The notes under the pieces were generated by a model, which made no database searches, was not told the origin of the DNA, and saw nothing but the letters and a program-made list of their open reading frames with translations. Positions 38,145-45,266 of a stretch of DNA of 45,266 bases are shown here, one piece after another (position 1 is the stretch's first letter; every line of letters begins with the position of its first letter). This DNA comes from Candidatus Levyibacteriota bacterium (lineage in GTDB: Bacteria; Patescibacteriota; Microgenomatia; Levybacterales; UBA12049), in NCBI GenBank assembly GCA_043823085.1, contig JBDRBE010000001.1, positions 1 to 45,266 on the forward strand, given 5' to 3'. The translations under genes were made by a program, and so were the position numbers.

Positions 38145-38996
38145 TTATAAAATTAAACCTCTGCCTACAAGGATAATAAAAATAAGTATTCCAACTAAAA
38201 AGAAAATATGATCTAAATTATGGCCTACCAATCTAACAATTTTTTTCCTCTCAATTATAATCATATCCAAAATTAGAACAGAAATAAATATAAATAGTAT
38301 GATTATGGAAATACGTGACGACAAAATATTAATGTCTATTAGAGGATTTGCTTTTGCCGAAGCAACTAAAGTCTGCGTTTGAGGAATTTGTCCCAAAGTT
38401 ATTTCGCTGCTTTCATTGCTCGCCAAAGGTGCCATTTGCTTACCGCCAAACATTTCGACTACTAAAACAATATCTTCGCCGTTTAATTTCCCGGATGCTA
38501 CGGCAAATCCTACATCTTGGTAATTAGCAGAAAGCATATTTTCCTTGTGACTCTTACTTTCCATCCAAGCCTTTACAATATCTTGCGATGAATTAAAGCC
38601 TCTTGCTAAATTTTCTCCGGCATAAGTATAATCATATCCCGTTTCTTTGATAAAAAACCACGGCGTTGTACCCAAAGGAGAATTATGCGCCCAATAATCC
38701 TTGTTAAACATATCTTGGGCTTTAAGACTTGCGGCTTGGGAAAGTTCTTCGTTTAAAACTAACGGCTTAACATTTTCTTTTTGTCTATTTTGATTGGTAA
38801 ATAAAAGAAGTTCCTGAACCGAAATATTGGTCGATGTTCCAAGGACCGATGGGAAACTTGTTTTAACAAATGTCAAAAAAAATTGACCGGCAAAAAGAAA
38901 AGCAATCGCAAAAAAGATTATTTTATGATGGAGCAGCCTTGCCCGGCGATTATTCGATTCTTGCGGAAAAAAAAGATGGAGCAGGAAATTTTTCAT
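38145..38996 (-). CDS. CAP/SCP domain membrane protein
   Basis: TN..R, YWAH, AGENLA and WM.S.SH..N motifs. Confidence 0.9.
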   Translation of the reverse strand: MKNFLLHLFFPQESNNRRARLLHHKIIFFAIAFLFAGQFFLTFVKTSFPSVLGTSTNISVQELLLFTNQNRQKENVKPLVLNEELSQAASLKAQDMFNKDYWAHNSPLGTTPWFFIKETGYDYTYAGENLARGFNSSQDIVKAWMESKSHKENMLSANYQDVGFAVASGKLNGEDIVLVVEMFGGKQMAPLASNESSEITLGQIPQTQTLVASAKANPLIDINILSSRISIIILFIFISVLILDMIIIERKKIVRLVGHNLDHIFFLVGILIFIILVGRGLIL

Positions 38997-39011
38997 TCTA
39001 TATTTAGTATA

Positions 39012-39365
39012 TCACCCGTATTGCGGATGGACAAATTCTCTTTTTTTCTTATTGTTAATAGGTATCCCAAGCGCAAACGAAAACGCGTTAGCTATAGCAA
39101 TGCCAACTCTAAGACCGGTAAATGAACCAGGTCCTGTATTTACTTCAATTTTATTAAAACTATTGATTTTTAAACCATGATTCTTTAATAATTTATCAAT
39201 CATTGGCAAAACTACCTGCGCTTTCTGCAATCCAATTTTTTGCTTTGTAATGTATTTTTTATTATTAATTTCCAACGATACTATAATCTCTTTATTGCTT
39301 GAGGTATCAATTGATAATATTATTTTCTTTTTTGAATTCTTAATTTTTAATTCCTGATTCATCAT
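39012..39365 (-). CDS. tsaB: TsaB, N-terminal domain only
   Basis: LSIDTS and GPGSFTGLRVG motifs; 117 aa. Confidence 0.88.
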   Translation of the reverse strand: MMNQELKIKNSKKKIILSIDTSSNKEIIVSLEINNKKYITKQKIGLQKAQVVLPMIDKLLKNHGLKINSFNKIEVNTGPGSFTGLRVGIAIANAFSFALGIPINNKKKREFVHPQYG

Positions 39366-39940
39366 TATAGCGATATTGCTCCTTTTCTAAGCACTTTCCA
39401 AGGCTTTATTAAACAATTAATAACTGTTGATGGTTTGCACACGCTGCATTTACCCGAAACTACATAATCAACTAATTTTATCAATTCGCAATCTAAATCT
39501 TCAAACCTAAAAGGGGTTTTTTGATTGTGGAAATTGGCCGACGGACCTAAAATCGGAACCCCTATCTCTCTAATGATTTTTCGGGTAAGTGAATGATTAG
39601 GAATGCGAACGCCAAGCGTTGACCCTCCTCCTCTAACCAATTCCGGAACTTTGTCAATTCTGCATGGAAGAACAATTGTTAACGCTCCGGGCCAATAGGG
39701 TTCAATCAATTTATCAATCACCTCTTTTGATATAGGCAATAAATAATCCTGCGCCATTTTAAGAGTATCCACAAGAACCGGCACAGACTGATTCACAGGC
39801 CTTTTTCTGATACTGAATAATTTCTTAACCGTTTTTTCATCATTAATCCTGCAACCAATTCCAAAGGCAGTATCGGTGGGAAAAATTACAATCCCACCTT
39901 GTGCTAAAACTTCAATTGCTTTTTTAATTTGTTCTTTCAT
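39365..39940 (-). CDS. tsaC: L-threonylcarbamoyladenylate synthase (YrdC/Sua5)
   Basis: FPTDT.FG, WPGALT, VRIP and SAN motifs. Confidence 0.93.
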   Translation of the reverse strand: MKEQIKKAIEVLAQGGIVIFPTDTAFGIGCRINDEKTVKKLFSIRKRPVNQSVPVLVDTLKMAQDYLLPISKEVIDKLIEPYWPGALTIVLPCRIDKVPELVRGGGSTLGVRIPNHSLTRKIIREIGVPILGPSANFHNQKTPFRFEDLDCELIKLVDYVVSGKCSVCKPSTVINCLIKPWKVLRKGAISL

Positions 39941-39947
39941 ATTTTTT

Positions 39948-40068
39948 GCGCGGGAAGCCCGTAGCGGGTGACGCGAGTCAGAGACCTTGCTGGCACGCAG
40001 CGGCTTGTTAGCCGAACGAGTACCAGCGAGGTGACGAGCGGCAGGACCCGCAAGGGCGACCTCAGCGC
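39948..40068. ncRNA. Unidentified GC-rich long hairpin (candidate structured RNA or inserted element)
   Basis: Nested arms GCGC/GCGC, GCCC/GGGC, GCGGGT/ACCCGC, ACCTTGCTGG/CCAGCGAGGT and CGGCT/AGCCG. Confidence 0.5.
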
Positions 40069-40535
40069 ATTATTTCAATTTTTCGTTTATTTTCCTCCAA
40101 ATACTCAAAATAAATGTCAATTCTCTTTTTCGGCAATAATTCTTTCATCTTTTCCGCCCACTCTATCACAATAATATTTTGAGGATTTTCGAAAATCTCT
40201 TCAATCCCCAAATTATTAACGTCTGTTACGCGTTCAACTCTATAAAGATCTATGTGATAGAAGATTTTTGAATTTTTAATTGTATTTTTGATTTTTGCCC
40301 TGAGCTTGCCGAACGGGTGATTTTTGATTTTGTATGAACGTATAATTATGAACGTTGGCGAAATTATCCTCTTAATTCCAAGCTCCTTTGCCAAACCTTG
40401 CGTAAAAGTTGTTTTTCCGCTTCCCAAATCGCCATAAAGAGCTAAAACTCCGCCATTTTTAATCTTTCTAACCAGACTTTTCGCAATTTTTTGCGTTTCT
40501 TCCGCACTTTTTGTAATAAAAATCTTTTTTTGCAT
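40062..40535 (-). CDS. tsaE: t6A ATPase TsaE
   Basis: GDLGSGKT, SPTF, HIDLYR and IEW motifs. Confidence 0.95.
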   Translation of the reverse strand: MQKKIFITKSAEETQKIAKSLVRKIKNGGVLALYGDLGSGKTTFTQGLAKELGIKRIISPTFIIIRSYKIKNHPFGKLRAKIKNTIKNSKIFYHIDLYRVERVTDVNNLGIEEIFENPQNIIVIEWAEKMKELLPKKRIDIYFEYLEENKRKIEIMR

Positions 40536-40590
40536 TATGCTTTTGACCTCAATTCACTTTAATGATATATATCATTAAAGTATTTATTAC

Positions 40591-41463
40591 TTAAGTATCA
40601 AGTCTATCTTTTCTATTTTTTTTATACTCTCGGAAAGCTAGTATACCACAAGAAGCAAGGAAAATAACTCCAAGACCGATTAAAATTTTTGGCAAAAGGT
40701 TATTGCTTGAAGCGCTTAAAACTTGTACCGGACTAACTGATATTACAGGCGAATCTTGATTCTTACTGCTTTCTCCCAGAACCTCTTCCTCTGTCGAACT
40801 CGGATTAATTTTTGTCGGAGAAATTGTGATTTTGGGAGTTGGCGTTTTTGTTGAGGTTAATGTTAGAGTTGGAGACTTAGTCGGCGTCGGCGAAGGCATC
40901 ACGGTAGGGAAAGGTGTTGAGGGAGTATCTGTCGACGAGGGGGTCAACGTAATTGTTGGCTTTGGAGTTGGAGCGGTTAGTTCTATAGAAACATTGTCCG
41001 ATGATCCTGAATAAGACCTACTATTTCCGGTATATCTCCATGCCTTTATATTATAGGTATTTGTGCCAGTATAATTGGAATCCGTTATATCTGGTCTTAT
41101 TGTGAGAGTTCCGCTCCAATTGCCGCTTTGTGGTTCAAAAGCAAAAAAAGTGGATTTAATATAGTCTGTTTCCGGAGAACTTACATACTCAAACCATTCG
41201 CCGTTATGATTTTTTGTATATCCAAAATATTGTGTTATGGCTTGAGGTGTAAACGCGGCCTGCAAAAAACATGTTGTATTAGGACAGCTAGACAAAGTTA
41301 AACCTGTAATAGAAATATCAAATGTAACTTCTCCGTCATTTGATTGAGGATTAGATATTGTAAAAGTGATAGCGGCAAAAACTGGTTTAATAAATAGTGA
41401 AAAAAATGAAAAAATGAAAACTAAGAAAAGGAAGCAACTTAAAAATAAACAAAAAACTTTCAT
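40591..41463 (-). CDS. Secreted/surface protein with Pro/Thr-rich linker and C-terminal TM anchor
   Basis: Signal peptide ending VFA, beta-rich domain, PT repeats, TM and basic tail. Confidence 0.8.
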   Translation of the reverse strand: MKVFCLFLSCFLFLVFIFSFFSLFIKPVFAAITFTISNPQSNDGEVTFDISITGLTLSSCPNTTCFLQAAFTPQAITQYFGYTKNHNGEWFEYVSSPETDYIKSTFFAFEPQSGNWSGTLTIRPDITDSNYTGTNTYNIKAWRYTGNSRSYSGSSDNVSIELTAPTPKPTITLTPSSTDTPSTPFPTVMPSPTPTKSPTLTLTSTKTPTPKITISPTKINPSSTEEEVLGESSKNQDSPVISVSPVQVLSASSNNLLPKILIGLGVIFLASCGILAFREYKKNRKDRLDT

Positions 41464-41497
41464 GGGAAAGCTTTAATAAAACCTTATTTATACCATT

Positions 41498-42784
41498 TTA
41501 AATTGACACTCTTTCTATTTCGACTATTCTCACGCCTGGATATCGATCTTTAAAAGAAATATTGCGTCCATTTGGAGTAAATGGATCATTCATCCTGTAA
41601 TCACCATTTGATCCGCTAATAAAAACGACAAAATGGTCTGCAATCGATCCACTATCATAACTTATCCCAATGACGACCGGATGACCGCTTGCAAGCACTG
41701 AATCTATATTTGCGCTTATTCTTTGTGAAGTCGTACCATTAACCGAAATTGTTTTATTTAAATATGCCGGGTAATATGAAGCAAAATTAGAAGAAATAGA
41801 ATTTATTGTCTGTGGAGTAACGCTGCGATAGCCATAATGCGTGTATACCATTGCCATCGCAGTTACCAAACATCCATCGCTGGCAAGAGTAAAACTCGTA
41901 CCATTTAAAGCATTTGCCCCCCATTGATTATCTCGTTGATTATAATAACAACCCCAATCGTCACATTGTGTTTGATCACTTAATAATGATGCTCCTCCCT
42001 GACTACTAGTAAATTTAGAAAATGCTGCTAATTGAGCTTGTGCATGTGACAAAAGTTGTTGATAATTCGCCTCACTACCTTGTGTTTCTGTAAGAAGTGT
42101 CTGTTTCCCTTGTTTCTCCTGATCTAGTTGAGCCGTATATCCTTCAAGTTGTGTTTTTAGAGATTCTACTTTTTTCTTTTTATCCTCGAAAATATTTTTT
42201 TGATTTGAATAATCATTTTTTGTTTGTTGAGTTGCAAAAATTAGTTCTTTATCATGTTTTTGCACCATTTTTAGATAATTTGCCCGGGTAAAAAAATTTG
42301 TTACACTATTTGAAGAAAAAAGTATCTGCATGGGTTGAATACTTCCCGCCTCGTAAGTAACAACAATTCTTTTAATAAGTACTTTTGTTAAATTATCCAG
42401 TGTTCCCTCAAGGTTGGATATCTTATCTGTTGCGATTTGTATCTCATCTGTTAAGGCTATCATCTCTTGTTTGACCGCATTAATTCTAAGCTGTGTTAAT
42501 TTTATTTGATTATCCATAACGGAAATCTGCGAGGAAAGAGTTTTCTGTTGTTTTTGAAGGTCAGAAATTTTTGTTTGATATTCTTTTATCTGTTTTTCAA
42601 GTTCATTTAGTTTATCTTGAGATGAATCGGGTGTTGGTGTTGGATTTGAAGTTGGCGTCGGAGTCGAAGTTAGGGTAGCGCTTGAAGTCGATGTATCGTC
42701 GGCATAAGAAAAATTATTAGAGGTTAATAATAAAAAGGTTACTAAAACAATAAATAATATACATATTTTTAGCTTCGAATTCAT
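41498..42784 (-). CDS. PcsB/CwlO-like coiled-coil protein with C-terminal C39-like (papain-fold) domain
   Basis: Signal peptide, long coiled coil, then YNQRD..W...GC.VTAMAM...HFVV...DP. Confidence 0.8.
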   Translation of the reverse strand: MNSKLKICILFIVLVTFLLLTSNNFSYADDTSTSSATLTSTPTPTSNPTPTPDSSQDKLNELEKQIKEYQTKISDLQKQQKTLSSQISVMDNQIKLTQLRINAVKQEMIALTDEIQIATDKISNLEGTLDNLTKVLIKRIVVTYEAGSIQPMQILFSSNSVTNFFTRANYLKMVQKHDKELIFATQQTKNDYSNQKNIFEDKKKKVESLKTQLEGYTAQLDQEKQGKQTLLTETQGSEANYQQLLSHAQAQLAAFSKFTSSQGGASLLSDQTQCDDWGCYYNQRDNQWGANALNGTSFTLASDGCLVTAMAMVYTHYGYRSVTPQTINSISSNFASYYPAYLNKTISVNGTTSQRISANIDSVLASGHPVVIGISYDSGSIADHFVVFISGSNGDYRMNDPFTPNGRNISFKDRYPGVRIVEIERVSI

Positions 42785-42817
42785 AATTCATATCTCTTGT
42801 TTCTTGTCTCTTATTTC

Positions 42818-43684
42818 TTATTTCAGGTATCTTAAAACTGCAATAAAACTCGAAACCATACCAAGTATTATTGCAAGTATTAGCTCTGCGCCCAACATTT
42901 CTCCCAAGAAAATAATAGAAAGAGGAAAAATTGGAATCCCTCCTAAAAAGGAAGTTAAAAATGGCATCGCATAAAACAATAGACCGACGGAAACTAACCA
43001 GCCGAAAAAAGCTCCAACTACTCCGTAAAATATTCCTTCATAAATAAACGGCCAACGGATATACCAATTGGTTGCACCAATAAGCCGTACTGTTTCTATC
43101 TCCTCTTTTTTTTGAGAAATTCTTATTCCGGTAATAATAACCATTACAAAAATCGAATCAAGCGCCAAAACTGTAATTAGAACCGCTCCGATCTTTCTAA
43201 TCGCATCCGACCAAATAGTTAAATTGGAAACCACATCTTTTGGAAAAATTATTTCTTGAACAATAGGTGAATTTTTAATCATTTCCGAAATTCCGCCAAG
43301 TTCTCCTATCTTATTGGCTGAAATCTCCAAAGATGCAGGCAAAACATCTGCTGTTACAAGCTCCAAAAGCATGGGGTCATTTTTATTTTGTTCCTGATAG
43401 ATTTTTAAAGCCTCTTCTTTTGAAACAAAACGAATTTTAGAGACTTTACCCGTTTGGTCAATTTGGTCTTTTAATTTATCTATATTTTCCTGTTTTGTCT
43501 CATTTTTGAAAAAAACTGTAACTTGAGGTAATGACTCAAAATAGCTGATAATTTTGTTTGAACCAACAATAATAAAAGCAAAAAGAGAAATTACAAAAAA
43601 AGTCTGAAGCATAATAAAAATGGCAGCAAAAGCTTGATAAGGCGAGCGGCGAATATGATGCCATGTAGTTTTAAGAACTGCCAT
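42818..43684 (-). CDS. ftsX: Cell division permease FtsX
   Basis: FVSKEEAL, LPAS and EI...RLIGAT...I..PF..EG; follows ftsE. Confidence 0.92.
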   Translation of the reverse strand: MAVLKTTWHHIRRSPYQAFAAIFIMLQTFFVISLFAFIIVGSNKIISYFESLPQVTVFFKNETKQENIDKLKDQIDQTGKVSKIRFVSKEEALKIYQEQNKNDPMLLELVTADVLPASLEISANKIGELGGISEMIKNSPIVQEIIFPKDVVSNLTIWSDAIRKIGAVLITVLALDSIFVMVIITGIRISQKKEEIETVRLIGATNWYIRWPFIYEGIFYGVVGAFFGWLVSVGLLFYAMPFLTSFLGGIPIFPLSIIFLGEMLGAELILAIILGMVSSFIAVLRYLK

Positions 43685-44354
43685 ATTTTCCTTTCTTTTC
43701 GTCTCTTATAAGACGTCCTTTGTCTAGCGCAACTACTCTTTTTGAAAGATTATTAACAATTTCCGCGTTATGAGTTACCATAACAACCGTTGTACCTTTA
43801 TTATTTACCTCAATTAGTGTTTCAACAATTTCTTTGCTTGTTTTAGGATCAAGATTACCTGTTGGTTCATCTGCTAAAACAATATCCGGAGACAAAACTA
43901 GGGCCCTGGCAATCGCTACTCTTTGCAGCTCTCCTCCCGAAAGCTGAATTGGAAATTTATCCTTATGCATTGCAATTCCAACCTGACTCATTATTTCTTC
44001 AGTTTTTTTTCTTGCCTCATCCGCTTTCATCCCTGCAACTTCAAGCGGTAAAATAACGTTTTCAAAAATTGTTCTGTCCATTAAAAGCTTTAGGTCCTGA
44101 AATATTACACCTATTTTTTTCCGTAAATTTGGAATTTTATGATGAGGCAATTTTACAATATCAAAATCAGAAACAACTATTGTTCCTTCTGTTGGTAAAA
44201 TTTCGCGGGTTAAAAGCTTTAACATTGTTGTTTTTCCCGAGCCAGTTGACCCAACCAAAAAAACAAACTCTCCTTTTTCTACATCTAAAGTTAGTTCGGA
44301 AAGACCGATAGCTCCATTTCCATATGTTTTTGAAACTTTGTTAAGTTTAATCAT
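43671..44354 (-). CDS. ftsE: Cell division ATP-binding protein FtsE
   Basis: GSGKT, IG.IFQD, LSGGE.QR and ADEPTGNLD motifs. Confidence 0.93.
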   Translation of the reverse strand: MIKLNKVSKTYGNGAIGLSELTLDVEKGEFVFLVGSTGSGKTTMLKLLTREILPTEGTIVVSDFDIVKLPHHKIPNLRKKIGVIFQDLKLLMDRTIFENVILPLEVAGMKADEARKKTEEIMSQVGIAMHKDKFPIQLSGGELQRVAIARALVLSPDIVLADEPTGNLDPKTSKEIVETLIEVNNKGTTVVMVTHNAEIVNNLSKRVVALDKGRLIRDEKKGKYGSS

Positions 44355-44377
44355 ATCGAAGCCAATATAAGGAAGAA

Positions 44378-44857
44378 TTATTCTAATACTTCAACTCGCC
44401 CAACGTCCATTAACCATCCGGCTTTCTTTGCTGTATGTGTTTCCCCCCAAACCTTAATTTTTTGGTCTTGAAACTTACTTAAATCAACTATTGTCGAAGT
44501 TAAATAAACATTTTGACTGTCGCCTCCAGGACGTACAAGATGATACTGTCCTTCACCATCAATACCGCCAATCTTTAAGACTCCTTCTGCCATGTCTTTG
44601 AACGTCTTAGTATCATTTGAGCCAACAACAGTTCCTTTATCATAAGTGCCGCTGCTGTTTGTTGAAATTCCAACGTTCCCTCCAATATTTGTTTGAGCAA
44701 AATTTTTCGAAAGCAAATAACCGCTTCCAACACCAAAAATAGCAACCGCTATTAAAATTACTATTAATTTCATAGAAAAAAATGGAACACTTTGACTCTC
44801 CTCAAAACTATTAAGTAATTTTTCTGTAGGTTCTTTTTGAATTTCTTCATTTTCCAT
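44378..44857 (-). CDS. Hypothetical single-TM protein
   Basis: 159 aa ATG ORF; TM followed by a beta-rich domain. Confidence 0.75.
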   Translation of the reverse strand: MENEEIQKEPTEKLLNSFEESQSVPFFSMKLIVILIAVAIFGVGSGYLLSKNFAQTNIGGNVGISTNSSGTYDKGTVVGSNDTKTFKDMAEGVLKIGGIDGEGQYHLVRPGGDSQNVYLTSTIVDLSKFQDQKIKVWGETHTAKKAGWLMDVGRVEVLE

Positions 44858-44888
44858 AAGTCACCCTTGCCCGCCAAAAGACGCTATT

Positions 44889-44918
44889 TGAGCCGCAGTT
44901 CGAATGAACTAAGGCGAA
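44889..44918 (+). repeat. 30-nt structured motif, copy 2
   Basis: TGAGCCGCAGTTCGAATGAACTAAGGCGAA enclosed by CCCGCC...GGCGGG. Confidence 0.8.
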
Positions 44919-45046
44919 AAGTAAGTCTAGGCGGGTCCCTATAAATATAAGTAAAGCACAAATCACAAATTTTATCAAGGCTTGCCCGTCATAAACCGCG
45001 ACACGAAACGTATTCGCCTGCCCGCCTCTGGAGGGAATAAAATTGA

Positions 45047-45082
45047 CCTGCCCGCAATGCTTCGCATAGCGATGCGGGCGGG
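45047..45082 (+). repeat. 36-nt CCTGCCCGC...GGCGGG element, intergenic copy
   Basis: CCTGCCCGCAATGCTTCGCATAGCGATGCGGGCGGG; shorter relative at 45017-45035. Confidence 0.85.
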
Positions 45083-45093
45083 AAAGTTAAGTG

Positions 45094-45266
45094 TTAAGGC
45101 GCTAATTTTCTTAGTTCTTCTTCGATAAAACCATCAAGTTCTCCATCTAATACCGCATCGCTGTTGGCTGTTTGGAAACCTGTCCGCAGATCTTTTACCA
45201 TATGATAAGGATGTAAAACATAAGAACGGATTTGATTACCCCAACCTGGCGTTTTATATCCTCCTT
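45094..45266 (-). CDS. prfB: Peptide chain release factor 2, C-terminal part (runs off the window)
   Basis: Manual translation gives [22 protein letters not shown]...[10 protein letters not shown]...stop; absent from the ORF track. Confidence 0.93.
   Translation of the reverse strand, partial: GGYKTPGWGNQIRSYVLHPYHMVKDLRTGFQTANSDAVLDGELDGFIEEELRKLAP

Noticed and set aside
39968-40174. 68-aa plus-strand ORF
   Set aside because: Arises from the GC-rich hairpin and antisense tsaE; no coding evidence
40820-40975. Repeat-like DNA in surface protein genes (also about 42625-42690)
   Set aside because: Ordinary Pro/Thr/Ser-rich protein linkers with variable codons

Overview
AT-rich bacterial chromosomal segment using the standard genetic code (TGA is a stop). 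Gene content and compact organisation suggest Patescibacteria/CPR, probably Microgenomates (inference). It runs from tRNA-Gln(CTG) to the 3' end of prfB. It carries a two-subunit 2-oxoacid:ferredoxin oxidoreductase, secDF, metK, cca, recJ, a short aspS, gltX, an Rrf2-IscS-IscU-ferredoxin Fe-S operon, a nucleotide-sugar/glycosylation cluster, tsaE-tsaC-tsaB, and ftsEX followed by a coiled-coil/C39-like hydrolase. Four things stand out. (1) A consensus sigma70 promoter, a SAM-I riboswitch and a terminator/SD hairpin control a divergent Cys/Met PLP enzyme coupled to a small papain/C39-like cysteine hydrolase. (2) Several families of tiny palindromic elements and 7-nt tandem repeats lie both between genes and in frame inside housekeeping genes; recJ alone holds about seven. 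(3) A 30-nt motif recurs 38 kb apart inside outer stems of different sequence. (4) A GC-rich ~120-nt hairpin sits inside the tsa operon. All product calls come from motif recognition; no database search was run.
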